Source: Pseudomonadota bacterium
GTDB taxonomy: Bacteria; Desulfobacterota; Desulfobacteria; Desulfobacterales; RPRI01
Direction: 5' to 3'
Assembly: GCA_043825875.1 (NCBI GenBank)
Contig: JBDRRF010000018.1
Span: 1-64,000, forward strand
Length of the DNA stretch: 64,000 bases
Shown: positions 37,516 through 47,995 of the stretch, in pieces
How positions within the stretch are numbered: position 1 is the stretch's first letter
How the letters are laid out: every line of letters starts with the position of its first letter
Program-made: the position numbers and the translations under genes
Notes under the pieces: model-generated
What the model was told of the DNA's origin: nothing
Seen by the model: the letters and a program-made list of their open reading frames with translations, nothing else
The model's database searches: none

Positions 37516-38508
37516 ATGCAAAAAATTTGGGTAAAGGTCGATCCTTGGAATAAAGATTTAATTACAACCGCACTTGAGGGCGGTGCCGATGGAGTTCTGG
37601 TTCCTAAAGGGTATTCGGAAAAAGTAAAAGAACTTGGTAAAATTCAGACAATTTCTGAAGATGGGGATTTAAAGATAGGAAAAGATGTTATCTTTTGTAC
37701 TATAAAAAGCGGTGCGGACGAAGATGAAATAGCCAAACTGAGTCTTAAAAAGAAAGTAATCCTTGAATGCACTGACTGGACTGTAATTCCTCTTGAAAAT
37801 CTTATAGCAAAAGGAGCCGATATAATCGCTCAGGTTCAAAACTATCAGGAAGCCTCTACAGTATGCGGTATTCTTGAAAAGGGTGTAAAACATATACTTT
37901 TCAATTCTTCCGATATGGCAGAATTAAAAAAAACATTGACTATGATAAATGCCGTAACGGATAATGTACCTCTTGAGCATGCTGAAATTATTGAAGTAAT
38001 ACCTGCCGGAATGGGGGACAGAGTATGTGTTGATACCTGTACTTCGATGACTCCCGGACAGGGCATGCTGGTTGGAAACAGCAGTAGTGCTCTTTTTCTT
38101 GTTCATGCTGAAACGGTAGAAAACCCTTATGTGTCTCCGAGACCTTTCAGGGTTAATGCCGGAGCTGTTCACGCCTATACGAGAGTGCCGGGCGGAAAAA
38201 CCAGATATCTGTCCGAACTTAGCTCCGGAGATCAAATTTATATAGCAGATTATAAAGGCAATTTGACTGCTGCAATAGTCGGAAGACTCAAAATTGAAAA
38301 GCGCCCTCTTATGATAATTAAGGCATTGGCAGCTGGCAAAAAAATTACGACTATTTTACAAAATGCTGAAACTATAAGATTAACCAGTCCTGATGGGAAA
38401 CCAATATCTGTTGTGAGTCTTAAAAAAGGAGATAAAGTTCTGGTGGCGATAGAAGAAAGCGGGAGGCATTTCGGTTATAAAATAGATGAATCAATAATAG
38501 AACAATAA
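37516..38508 (+). CDS. aroB': 3-dehydroquinate synthase II (AroB')
   Basis: W.VIPLEN, GDRVCVDT, RPFRVNAG.VH.Y, LQNAET, GRHFG. Confidence 0.92.
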   Translation: MQKIWVKVDPWNKDLITTALEGGADGVLVPKGYSEKVKELGKIQTISEDGDLKIGKDVIFCTIKSGADEDEIAKLSLKKKVILECTDWTVIPLENLIAKGADIIAQVQNYQEASTVCGILEKGVKHILFNSSDMAELKKTLTMINAVTDNVPLEHAEIIEVIPAGMGDRVCVDTCTSMTPGQGMLVGNSSSALFLVHAETVENPYVSPRPFRVNAGAVHAYTRVPGGKTRYLSELSSGDQIYIADYKGNLTAAIVGRLKIEKRPLMIIKALAAGKKITTILQNAETIRLTSPDGKPISVVSLKKGDKVLVAIEESGRHFGYKIDESIIEQ

Positions 38509-38540
38509 TAATTTATTAAGCGGGTTTAACAAATAATATT

Positions 38541-39674
38541 ATGGGAAATATAAATAAAAAAAGTACTACGGCTGATACTGTGTCTGAAAATGTACCTAAT
38601 AATGTTATAGATGACTTAAGAAACAGTATTGATAAAATTGATGGCAAAATTTTAGGCCTGATAAATGAAAGACTTCTTCTTGCAAAGGAAATAGGCAAGA
38701 TGAAGGCAAAAAAAGGGAAAAAAGTTTTAGATATAGCACGTGAAAAAGCTGTTATTGAAAAACTAAAGACCCTAAACAAAGGCCTTCTTGGTGAACAAGC
38801 TCTTAATCATATATTTTCTGAAATAATTGCAGCTTCGCGGGCAATCCAAAATCATCATTCTGTTGCTTATCTTGGCCCGGAGGCTACTTTTTCCCATATT
38901 GCAACAATGAGCTATTTTGGGCGCTCTGTTAATTATATGCCACAGACCACAATTGGCGATATATTCAGAGAAGTAGAAAAAGGGTCATGTCTTTACGGAG
39001 TGGTTCCGGTTGAAAATTCTATAGAAGGTTCGGTCAATTATACCCTCGATCTTTTTTTTGAATCGGATTTGAAAATATGTTCAGAATTGTACCACCCAAT
39101 ATCGCATGATCTTTTGTCAACGGTTGATTCCATAAGTAAAATCAAAGTAGTCTACTCTCATCGCCAGGTATTTCCCCAGTGCAGGAACTGGATTCAGAAA
39201 AATCTTCCGGAAGCTGAACTTATAGAATGTGACAGCACTGCCAATGCCGCCCGCAGAGCTTGTGATGATCCTGAATCGGCCGCAATTGCAAGCAGTATGG
39301 CTGCACATATCTATAAGCTTCATGTAATTGCATCTAAGATTGAAGATGTTTCAAGAAATACTACACGATTTCTTGTTATAGGAAAAGATGAGACAAGAAG
39401 AACCGGGGTTGACAAAACTTCTATTATGTTTGTGACACCTAATGTTTCGGGAGCTTTGTACAAAATATTAAAACCTATAGCAGAATCAGAGATAAATATG
39501 GTAAAGCTTGAGTCAAGGCCGACAAAGCATGAAAACTGGAGCTATTTTTTCTTTGTTGATATCGAAGGACATATTAATGATCCTGTTGTTTCTTCTACGA
39601 TTAAGAAAATGAACAAGATTTGCCTTTACCTAAAATGCCTTGGGTCATATCCTATGGCAAAAAATACCATATAG
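38541..39674 (+). CDS. pheA: Chorismate mutase / prephenate dehydratase
   Basis: LR..ID.ID, YLGPE.TFS, PVENS.EG, NTTRF, ESRP, LGSYP. Confidence 0.95.
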   Translation: MGNINKKSTTADTVSENVPNNVIDDLRNSIDKIDGKILGLINERLLLAKEIGKMKAKKGKKVLDIAREKAVIEKLKTLNKGLLGEQALNHIFSEIIAASRAIQNHHSVAYLGPEATFSHIATMSYFGRSVNYMPQTTIGDIFREVEKGSCLYGVVPVENSIEGSVNYTLDLFFESDLKICSELYHPISHDLLSTVDSISKIKVVYSHRQVFPQCRNWIQKNLPEAELIECDSTANAARRACDDPESAAIASSMAAHIYKLHVIASKIEDVSRNTTRFLVIGKDETRRTGVDKTSIMFVTPNVSGALYKILKPIAESEINMVKLESRPTKHENWSYFFFVDIEGHINDPVVSSTIKKMNKICLYLKCLGSYPMAKNTI

Positions 39675-39702
39675 TGAATTGAGTGATAATGATAATTGAA
39701 TG

Positions 39703-39795
39703 AAGGATTCAAGGGTTCCAGGGGCCGAGGATTCAAGTGAAACCTCATATACATCTAAGGTTTGACCCCTCGAATCCTTGACCCCTGGAACCCTT
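39703..39795. repeat. Inverted clusters of octamer repeats (GGATTCAA / TTGACCCC)
   Basis: ggattcaa-gggttcca-ggggccga-ggattcaa ... ttgacccc-tcgaatcc-ttgacccc-tggaaccc. Confidence 0.7.
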
Positions 39796-39875
39796 TTAGC
39801 TAAATATAATATTAAACTAAAATCTTTGCCTGAAGGCGGGGGTTTTTCTTCCATTCGTCGAATGGGACAATAATC

Positions 39876-41135
39876 ATGATAGAAATACATCCTAAAATTG
39901 TTAATAAATGCGACATTGATGTACCGGGTTCAAAGAGCTATACGCACAGACTATTGATTGCCTCGGCATTATCGGATGGTCGTTGTACATTAAAAAACTG
40001 CCTTAAAAGTGAAGATACTATTTTAACTCTTGAAACCTTGCGTCTTATGGGCATAAAGATTGAAAATTCAGAACAAGAAGTAATAGTATACGGTTCAAAA
40101 GGAATTCTTAAGGCATACGATAAGCCGATTTATCTTGCCAATTCCGGAACATCCATGCGTCTTTTAACCGGTGTCGCTGCTCTGGGTGATGGCCTGTACA
40201 CGCTTACGGGAACCAAGCGTATGTCACAGCGCCCGATTCAGGATTTACTGGATGGTTTAAACAGCCTGGGAGTAGAAGCTCGTTCGATTGATAATAACGG
40301 CTGCCCGCCTGTTGCCATAAAAGGCGGAAAAATAAAAGGCGGATATGTTGAGCTTAAATGTAATATCAGCAGCCAGTTTCTATCGTCAGTTCTTTTAATT
40401 TCTCCTTATACTCAAGACGGTATAAAAATAAAGGTTGTAGAAGGGCCTGTATCAAAGCCCTATATAGACATGACAATTGATATCATGGCAAAACTGGGAG
40501 TAAATATTAAACGAAATGGCTATAACGAGTTTACCATAGCCGGGCAACAAAATTACAGGGCCGGTTCTTTTTACGTTGAACCTGATTGTTCGCAGGCAGG
40601 ATATTTCTGGGCAGCTGCTGCAATTACAGGTTCTGAAATAAAAGTTAAAGGCATTACAAAAGAATCCCGTCAGGGAGATCTGAAACTTACAGGGCTTCTT
40701 GAGCAAATGGGATGTAAAGTATATTTTGAAAGCGATGGAATTACAGTTAAGGGCGGATCGCTTATCGGGATTGAAACGGATATGGCAGATATGCCGGATA
40801 TGGTTCCAACTCTTGCAGTAGTTGCAGCTTTTGCAGATGGTACTACGGTTATAAAAAATGTCGAACATTTAAAAGCAAAAGAGAGCGATCGGTTAGCGGC
40901 TGTTATCAACGAACTTACAAAAACAGGAATTGAGGCAAAGTCCGTAGGATCTGATCTTGTGATTAAAGGTGGAATTCCTACAGGAGCTAATATTGAAACT
41001 TACAATGACCACAGAATAGCTATGAGTTTTGCAGTTGCAGGGCTTAAAACTCCGGGCATTTTTATAAAAGACGAAATGTGCGTTGAAAAGTCTTTTCCGA
41101 ATTTCTGGGAAGTTTTTGATAAGCTTGGAAGATAA
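39876..41135 (+). CDS. aroA: 3-phosphoshikimate 1-carboxyvinyltransferase (EPSP synthase)
   Basis: PGSKS, NSGTSMR, SSQF, KESDR, DHRIAM, KSFP.F. Confidence 0.96.
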   Translation: MIEIHPKIVNKCDIDVPGSKSYTHRLLIASALSDGRCTLKNCLKSEDTILTLETLRLMGIKIENSEQEVIVYGSKGILKAYDKPIYLANSGTSMRLLTGVAALGDGLYTLTGTKRMSQRPIQDLLDGLNSLGVEARSIDNNGCPPVAIKGGKIKGGYVELKCNISSQFLSSVLLISPYTQDGIKIKVVEGPVSKPYIDMTIDIMAKLGVNIKRNGYNEFTIAGQQNYRAGSFYVEPDCSQAGYFWAAAAITGSEIKVKGITKESRQGDLKLTGLLEQMGCKVYFESDGITVKGGSLIGIETDMADMPDMVPTLAVVAAFADGTTVIKNVEHLKAKESDRLAAVINELTKTGIEAKSVGSDLVIKGGIPTGANIETYNDHRIAMSFAVAGLKTPGIFIKDEMCVEKSFPNFWEVFDKLGR

Positions 41136-41156
41136 ACATAAGGAAGAAATAAAAAA

Positions 41157-42209
41157 ATGTCCGGAAACTCATTTGGAACATTATTTAAAATAACAACCTG
41201 GGGCGAATCGCACGGTATTGGTGTTGGTGTTGTTATTGACGGTTGTCCTGCCCAAATACCGCTTAATGAACAAATTATCCAGGATATGCTGGACAGAAGA
41301 AAGCCGGGCAGCTCTATAGCAAGTACTTCACGAAAAGAACCTGATGAAGCAATCATAATGTCCGGAGTTTTCAACGGAGTTACAACCGGAACTCCTATTA
41401 TGATTATGGTTAAAAACAAGGATCAGCATTCAGACGCTTATAAAAAATTTGCGGATATTTTCAGACCCGGACATGGCGACATTTCCTATCAGGCGAAATA
41501 CGGAATAAGAGACTGGAGGGGCGGTGGAAGAGCTTCTGCAAGAGAAACAGTTGCAAGGGTTGCAGCAGGTGCTGTTGCCAAAGCTTTACTTGACAAAGAA
41601 AATATTAAAATCTGTGCTTATACGGTTGAGCTTGGCGGTATAAAAGCAGTAGAGCGCAATCTTGACTTAATATCCCAAAACATGTTTTTTTGCCCTGACA
41701 ATGATGCTGCCGGTAAAATGGAAAAAAGAGTTAAGAAAGTAAAAAGCAGTGGAGACTCTCTTGGCGGCATTGTTGAGATTGTTGCAAAAGGAGTTTCCGC
41801 AGGCCTTGGAGAGCCGGTATTTGATAAGCTTGATGCCGATCTTGCAAAAGCATTGATGAGCATTGGTGCTGTTAAAGGCTTTGAAATCGGAGCTGGTTTT
41901 AAAGCTTCATCATTGCTTGGTTCAAAAAATAATGATCCTATAACACCAAAAGGCTTTTCGACAAATAATGCCGGCGGTATTCTTGCCGGAATATCCAATG
42001 GAGATGATATAATTATGCGGGTTGCCGTAAAACCTATTCCTTCTATTTCCATCGAACAAAATACTATAGATCTGAAAAAGAAAAAAAGAACCGTATCTAT
42101 TTCGGGACGACATGATATTTCAGCCATACCAAGAATAAACGTTGTTTGTGAATCAATGGTAAGCATTGTTATAGCGGATCATTTATTACGGCAGAAAGCT
42201 ACCCGATGA
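41157..42209 (+). CDS. aroC: Chorismate synthase
   Basis: GESHG, RPGH, GGGRASARET, GRHD. Confidence 0.97.
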   Translation: MSGNSFGTLFKITTWGESHGIGVGVVIDGCPAQIPLNEQIIQDMLDRRKPGSSIASTSRKEPDEAIIMSGVFNGVTTGTPIMIMVKNKDQHSDAYKKFADIFRPGHGDISYQAKYGIRDWRGGGRASARETVARVAAGAVAKALLDKENIKICAYTVELGGIKAVERNLDLISQNMFFCPDNDAAGKMEKRVKKVKSSGDSLGGIVEIVAKGVSAGLGEPVFDKLDADLAKALMSIGAVKGFEIGAGFKASSLLGSKNNDPITPKGFSTNNAGGILAGISNGDDIIMRVAVKPIPSISIEQNTIDLKKKKRTVSISGRHDISAIPRINVVCESMVSIVIADHLLRQKATR

Positions 42210-43039
42210 ATAAAACACTATCTATCGGTATAATAGGCGGAACAGGCGGCATGGGCAGATGGTTTGAAAAATTTTATTCCGCTGCCGGCCACAGGGTATT
42301 GATTTCAGGAAGAACCACCGATATCACATATACTGATGTTGCTAAAGAATGCGATGTGGTTATTTTAAGCGTTCCTCTTGATGCTGCTGTTTCAATTTCA
42401 AAAGATATCGGCCCTCTTTTGAGCGATGATCAGCTTTTTATGGATATGTGCTCTTTGAAAGAAGAAATAGTAAAGAGCATGACGGAAAATACCAAAGCTG
42501 ATGTACTTGGAACGCATCCTTTGTTCGGGCCTTTTACGGATTCCATAAAAGGGCAGAATATAATATTATGCCCTGGCAGAGGAGAGCGTTGGCTTAAATG
42601 GATAGGAAATGAATATGCTTCAAGAGGCGCAATTTTATGCGTGATGGGCCCTTTAACTCATGACCGGCATATGGCTGTTGTGCAGGGTCTTACTCATTTT
42701 ACTACCATTTGCATGGCCAGAACATTACAAAAGATGGATATGAATTCAGACAACGTACTTTCATGTTCCACTCCGGTATTTAAGATAAACTATAATCTGA
42801 TAGGCCGTCTTTTCGCTCAGGATCTTGATCTTTATAAAAATCTTATAAGCAAGAATAAACACTTTAAAGAAGTCCTGGAAGTTTTTATATCTGCAATGGA
42901 CGAAAGCAATGATGCCCTTTTATCCGGCCAGGATGAAAGGGCAATTTTGTTTATGGAAACCATCCGAGAATTTTTTAAAGATACATGCAAAGACGCACTT
43001 AAAGAAAGCAATAAAATAATAAATACTCTTTATTCCTGA
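42206..43039 (+). CDS. tyrA: Prephenate/arogenate dehydrogenase
   Basis: GGTGGMG, HPLFGP, HD..MA.VQGLTH. Confidence 0.9.
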   Translation: MNKTLSIGIIGGTGGMGRWFEKFYSAAGHRVLISGRTTDITYTDVAKECDVVILSVPLDAAVSISKDIGPLLSDDQLFMDMCSLKEEIVKSMTENTKADVLGTHPLFGPFTDSIKGQNIILCPGRGERWLKWIGNEYASRGAILCVMGPLTHDRHMAVVQGLTHFTTICMARTLQKMDMNSDNVLSCSTPVFKINYNLIGRLFAQDLDLYKNLISKNKHFKEVLEVFISAMDESNDALLSGQDERAILFMETIREFFKDTCKDALKESNKIINTLYS

Positions 43040-43075
43040 TATTTTAAATTCTACATTTTTTTAAAAAGGTATTAT

Positions 43076-43690
43076 ATGAAAAAACGATTGGTAATCGGGA
43101 TATCGGGGGCTACCGGAGCTATTTATGGGATCAGGATGCTTGAGGTGTTAAAGGATTCGGATATTGAAACGCATCTTGTTTTATCTAATGCTGCTGAAAA
43201 AATAATTCAATTGGAAACGGATTTTTCGGTAGATCATGTAAAGGGGCTGGCACACTATAACCATGATATCGATAATGTGGGCGCTTCAATTGCAAGCGGT
43301 TCTTTTGATACAATAGGTATGATTGTTGCCCCTTGTTCCATAAAGACACTATCCGGGATTGCCAATTCCTTCAGCTTAAATCTATTGATCAGAGCTGCGG
43401 ATGTGACTTTAAAAGAGAGAAGAAAACTTGTTTTAATGCTTGGGGAATCACCTTTTCACAAAGGGCATTTCAGGTTGATGTCCCAGGCGGTTGATATTGG
43501 TGCTATTATCACGCTTTCTGCTGTAAGCTTTTATACAAGACCTGCAACAATCCAGGATATAGTAGATCAAAGTGTGGCAAGAACACTGAATATCTTTGAT
43601 ATAAAGATTGATTCCTTTAAACGATGGTCCCAGGCGGATGGAGATAAAGCTATGGACCTTTTGAAAAAGGAACGGGACCTTCAAAAATGA
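43076..43690 (+). CDS. ubiX: Flavin prenyltransferase
   Basis: GISGATG, ASGS, PCS.KTL, RAADV.LKERR.L. Confidence 0.9.
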   Translation: MKKRLVIGISGATGAIYGIRMLEVLKDSDIETHLVLSNAAEKIIQLETDFSVDHVKGLAHYNHDIDNVGASIASGSFDTIGMIVAPCSIKTLSGIANSFSLNLLIRAADVTLKERRKLVLMLGESPFHKGHFRLMSQAVDIGAIITLSAVSFYTRPATIQDIVDQSVARTLNIFDIKIDSFKRWSQADGDKAMDLLKKERDLQK

Positions 43691-44712
43691 GGATGCAAAA
43701 ATTGCATCGCATACATAAATAATGAAGCAACAAGGGCTGAAGCAGGAATAGTAATAACCCAAGCCCAGACTATGCGTGCCGCTACCCCCCACTTTACGCT
43801 TGAAAGTTTGGAGGTAGATCCTACTCCTACAATTGATCCGGCAATTGTGTGTGTGGTAGAAACAGGAATGCCCGCATAGGTTGCAAAAAAGAGTGTAAGA
43901 GCTCCGGCTGTTTCGGCGCAGAACCCTCCAACAGGTTTTAACTTGGTAATTTTCATACCCATTGTTTTAACTATCCGCCAGCCCCCGAATGCAGTACCTA
44001 TAGCCATTGCAAGGTGACATGACAGTATAATCCAGGCTGTGGAAAAATCACTCAGACTGAGAGTGACTGTGCTATCCATGGCGCCGGAAGCAACCAGCAG
44101 GGCAATAATAATTCCCATGGTTTTCTGGGCGTCATTACCACCATGTCCAAGTGAATAAAGAGCCGCTGAAAAAAGTTGACCTTTTCTGAATAAATTGTCC
44201 ACCTGTTTTGGGCGCCATCTCCTGAAAATCCATAATACAAGGAACATAAAAAGCAAACCAAGCACAAAACCCATAAGAGGTGCTACCGGTATAAAAGTAA
44301 TTGTAGCAAATAATTTCTCCCATCTCGGCGCAGAAAAGCCGGCATAAGTGATTCCAGCACCAGCAAAACCGCCTATAAGAGCATGGGAGGAACTGGTCGG
44401 AAGCCCCCACCACCATGTCAGTAAATCCCAGACAATTGCTCCGATAAGACCTGATAGCACTACGTATACATAAGCCGGGTCATTAGGATTTATATGAATG
44501 ATTTTAGAAATGGTATCCGCTACCTTAGGTGCAAAAACAAACATGGCAATAAAATTGAAAAAGGCCGCCCAAATTACTGCAATTCGTGGAGAAAGAACTC
44601 GGGTAGAAACAACGGTGGCTATAGAATTGGCCGCATCGTGAAAACCATTTATTACATCAAAAACAAGCGCAACAATAACAGTAAATATTACCACATACCA
44701 TATGGGAGCCAT
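43681..44712 (-). CDS. pit: Inorganic phosphate transporter (PiT family)
   Basis: NGFHDAANSIAT, HGGNDAQK, PVSTTH. Confidence 0.93.
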   Translation of the reverse strand: MAPIWYVVIFTVIVALVFDVINGFHDAANSIATVVSTRVLSPRIAVIWAAFFNFIAMFVFAPKVADTISKIIHINPNDPAYVYVVLSGLIGAIVWDLLTWWWGLPTSSSHALIGGFAGAGITYAGFSAPRWEKLFATITFIPVAPLMGFVLGLLFMFLVLWIFRRWRPKQVDNLFRKGQLFSAALYSLGHGGNDAQKTMGIIIALLVASGAMDSTVTLSLSDFSTAWIILSCHLAMAIGTAFGGWRIVKTMGMKITKLKPVGGFCAETAGALTLFFATYAGIPVSTTHTIAGSIVGVGSTSKLSSVKWGVAARIVWAWVITIPASALVASLFMYAMQFLHPHF

Positions 44713-44714
44713 AT

Positions 44715-45341
44715 CTAATCTTCCTCTAGTATTACTCCTTCAATCAAATTAGCCACTTCTTCAGCATAATCTGTAGCACATTCAAGATCCTGTAGTATTT
44801 CTTTGTACTTTATAAGCTTAATAGGATCTTTTTCTTCTTTGAATAACCTGGCAAGCCCTTTGCGCAAAACATCATCACCACTGTTTTCAAGCTTATGAAT
44901 AATATAACAGTTATTGAGAACAGCCTCCCGTTTTTTAGGCTTATTCAGCATTTTTAATGCTTGCTGAAGTTCCATAGCGGCTTTTAAAAGTAAAAGTGCT
45001 ATTTCTTTCATCTCAGGAAGAAATTCAGTTACTTCATATATCAAAATGCGCTCTGCTGCCGAATCTGTGGCATCCATTATATCATCAAGCTTTTTGATCA
45101 TGGCGATTATCTCAGAGCGGTCAAAAGGTGTAATAAATGTTTTACGCAAAGCGCTATAGCATTCGTGAGTTACATTATCTGATTGATGTTCTATTTCTTT
45201 AATCCGTTCTACCCGTTCTTCAATATTATCAGCCTTTGTTACAAGCTCTAAAAATTCTTCGACTCCTTTTATGGTAAGAGCTATTTGCCGCTCGAAAAAT
45301 TCAAAAAACCCCGTTTCTTTTGGTAAAAATCGTTTTAGCAT
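44715..45341 (-). CDS. DUF47 / PhoU-like Pit accessory protein
   Basis: FITPFDR..I, E..GD, E...D..E.VA; GGAG RBS before ATG 45341. Confidence 0.9.
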   Translation of the reverse strand: MLKRFLPKETGFFEFFERQIALTIKGVEEFLELVTKADNIEERVERIKEIEHQSDNVTHECYSALRKTFITPFDRSEIIAMIKKLDDIMDATDSAAERILIYEVTEFLPEMKEIALLLLKAAMELQQALKMLNKPKKREAVLNNCYIIHKLENSGDDVLRKGLARLFKEEKDPIKLIKYKEILQDLECATDYAEEVANLIEGVILEED

Positions 45342-45522
45342 AATCTCTCCCTGAGACCTTTGCATAAAATTTATCTAAAGTTATTGAAATCTAAACCAAC
45401 ACTTTGTTTGCAGCAAAAATCGGCTTTTGTTTTAATTGCGAAAAACTACAAAAATCTGAACGCTTCTATCATAATGAATAAATTTAGACAAGATTTTGTA
45501 ACAATAAAAAGCAGGCTATATT

Positions 45523-45657
45523 TGATGAATTCATAAAAACACCTCAAGTCGTCATACCGGCGAAAACCGGTATCCAGAACCTATTGAAATTACTGGATGC
45601 CGGATCGGGTTCGGCGTGACGAAACAGGAATCCCCAGACTTTTTACGAGCCTATCAT
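45523..45657. repeat. Composite repeat: REP-like GTCAT...GTGAC palindrome (45550-45621) nested in TGATG..ATAAAAA / TTTTTACG..ATCA ends
   Basis: Nested imperfect inverted repeats in the divergent intergenic region. Confidence 0.6.
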
Positions 45658-45714
45658 ATTTGAATTAAGGCAAAATAATTATTAATTTTCTTGCCTTGCT
45701 GTCGATAATTATTC

Positions 45715-45742
45715 TTGACAAAGCAAAAAAATTGATTATATT
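45715..45742 (+). promoter_or_regulatory. Putative sigma70 promoter
   Basis: TTGACA-N16-TATATT upstream of the PxxKW gene. Confidence 0.45.
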
Positions 45743-45862
45743 AAGCCAAAATTTGAGGGGCTTTAGAGTCCTTCGATACAATTTAGTAGCTTGATAAAAG
45801 GCCTAAAGTGTTTAAATAGGTCTTTTTTTTGCTTTTATATTTCGTAAAAGGTGGTGATAAGA

Positions 45863-46141
45863 ATGGTTTGTACAACAATAAAAAACGGTAGGGAATGTCC
45901 ATTTATGGCAGCTAAAGGTTGTTCATATAACGGCGGATCATGCCATGAAATAATTGAACAATGCAAAGGTTGTGGTAAAAGCATCGAAACCTCTTCAGGT
46001 TGGTATTGCGCTTCCTATCCGGAACCTTCCTTAAAGTGGAAAAACGGGAATTGTAATTTTGCAACTCATATTGCAAGTGCTGCAGCAGCAAAAACAAAAG
46101 TTAATCCTATTAAGGCATCCAAACGGGGAAACAATAGATAA
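45863..46141 (+). CDS. PxxKW-family cysteine-rich protein
   Basis: C..M...GC...GG.C..I.E.C.GC...YC..YP.P..KW..G.CN.ATH...NP.KASKR. Confidence 0.8.
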   Translation: MVCTTIKNGRECPFMAAKGCSYNGGSCHEIIEQCKGCGKSIETSSGWYCASYPEPSLKWKNGNCNFATHIASAAAAKTKVNPIKASKRGNNR

Positions 46142-46146
46142 TATAA

Positions 46147-46187
46147 CGGCTTCGTATAAAGCTTATTTTTAGATTTTTACGAAGCCG
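46147..46187. terminator. Hairpin between convergent genes
   Basis: CGGCTTCGTA / TACGAAGCCG 10-bp stem. Confidence 0.5.
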
Positions 46188-46749
46188 CTTTTATTTCTTC
46201 ATAGCGAAAACAGTCTGTTGTATGGTCATTAACCATACCTGTTGCCTGCATAAACGCGTAACATATTGTTGGTCCTATAAAAGTAAAGCCTCTTTTTTTC
46301 AGATCACGGCTCAATATAATTGATTCTTTTGAAAAGCCCGGAATCTGGGAATGCGTTTCCCATGAATTTATTATCTGTTTTCCTCCAACAAAATTCCAAA
46401 TATAAGCATCAAAACTGCCGAATTCTTTTTTTACAGATAAAAATGCTTTTGAATTATTAACAGCCGATTCTATTTTCAGTCTGTTCCTTATTATACCTTT
46501 ATTTAGAAGAAGTGATCCTATCTTATTTGAATCATAGGCAGAAATTATTACTGGTTCAAAATTGTAAAACGCCTTTTTGTAATTATCTCTTTTTTTTAAA
46601 ATTGTAATCCAGTTCAAACCGGCCTGTGCCCCTTCAAGAACTAGAAATTCAAAGAGAATGCGGTCGTCGTGAACTTCAACGCCCCACTCGTTATCATGAT
46701 AGTCAATATATACAGGATCAGAGCCTGCCCATTTACATCTTATTTTCAT
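46177..46749 (-). CDS. tag: DNA-3-methyladenine glycosylase I
   Basis: YHD.EWG, LEGAQAGL.W, IIRNRLKI, NDH...C. Confidence 0.95.
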   Translation of the reverse strand: MKIRCKWAGSDPVYIDYHDNEWGVEVHDDRILFEFLVLEGAQAGLNWITILKKRDNYKKAFYNFEPVIISAYDSNKIGSLLLNKGIIRNRLKIESAVNNSKAFLSVKKEFGSFDAYIWNFVGGKQIINSWETHSQIPGFSKESIILSRDLKKRGFTFIGPTICYAFMQATGMVNDHTTDCFRYEEIKAAS

Positions 46750-46876
46750 TTCTTTAGCTTTTCAACATGGTTGATGTATAAATATTCTTCAATTGACAGA
46801 ACTAGTTGATTATAGCAATTAACAATATACTATTCTTACCATTTAAAAAAATATAATTATTAAGGAATCATTTAAT

Positions 46877-47932
46877 TTGAAACATCTTAATTATAAAAAT
46901 TTTTCAGACTGGCATGATCTTTTGCATAACAGCATAACAAAGCCAGAAGAGCTTATAGAAATATTGCCGGTTGAAACAAGTAATATAGAAAAAATAATAA
47001 AAACATACCCAATGCGCATAAATCCTTATTATCTTTCTTTAATCAAACATGCAAATTGCCCTATAGGCAAACAGGCTATTCCGGATCTGAAAGAAATCGA
47101 AGATTTTAATACTATTACTGATCCCGACCCGCTTTGTGAGGAAATCCAGTCTCCGGTACCGAACTTGATTCATCGTTATCCCGACAGAGTACTTTTTATG
47201 GTTTCTGCCGAATGTGCAATGTATTGCCGTTTTTGTATGAGAAAAAGAAAAGTCGGACACTCTTTAACAATAACGGATGAAACAATAAATGCAGGCATAG
47301 AATATATCAAAAAAACTAAAACTATACGGGAAGTTGTGATTTCAGGTGGCGACCCCTTGCTTTTGGAAGACAAAACGTTAGGCAATATTTTAAAAGATTT
47401 AAGAGCAATCGGCCATATTGAAATACTGCGGATTCACACAAGAATTCCATGCACGCTTCCTCAAAGGATTACAAAAGATCTTGCGGATATGTTACGCTGC
47501 TATCATCCTCTTTTTATAAATGTCCATTTTAATCATCCGGATGAAATAACAAAAGAAGCCGCTCTTGCATGTGCTACTCTTGCTGATGCCGGAATCCCGC
47601 TTGGCTGCCAGACAGTGCTTTTAAGAGGTATTAACAACGATGTGGATACAATGAAGGCTCTGATGGAAAAGCTCGTTATGATAAGGGTTAAGCCATACTA
47701 TATGCATCAACTGGATACGGTAAGAGGAACCCTTCATTTTAAAACAACAATTGAAGATGGGCTGAATATAATGCAATCTCTTTATGGATTATCCGGCCTT
47801 TGTGTCCCGCAATATATGAAAGATCTTCCGGGAGGAGGAGGGAAAATACCTATGTTGCCGAGATATTTAAAAACTGTTTCGGGCGATATGCTAAAACTTG
47901 CACACTTTAAAGACAGTAGTATTGTTGACTAA
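46877..47932 (+). CDS. KamA-family radical SAM aminomutase-like protein
   Basis: HRYPDR, CAMYCRFC.R, SGGDPL, HFNHP.E, DLPGGGGK. Confidence 0.88.
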   Translation: MKHLNYKNFSDWHDLLHNSITKPEELIEILPVETSNIEKIIKTYPMRINPYYLSLIKHANCPIGKQAIPDLKEIEDFNTITDPDPLCEEIQSPVPNLIHRYPDRVLFMVSAECAMYCRFCMRKRKVGHSLTITDETINAGIEYIKKTKTIREVVISGGDPLLLEDKTLGNILKDLRAIGHIEILRIHTRIPCTLPQRITKDLADMLRCYHPLFINVHFNHPDEITKEAALACATLADAGIPLGCQTVLLRGINNDVDTMKALMEKLVMIRVKPYYMHQLDTVRGTLHFKTTIEDGLNIMQSLYGLSGLCVPQYMKDLPGGGGKIPMLPRYLKTVSGDMLKLAHFKDSSIVD

Positions 47933-47995
47933 TTATAAAGAGTATATTAAATATTTCTAAATTTATTATAATCATTTCCAAATTGGTAAAATCAT

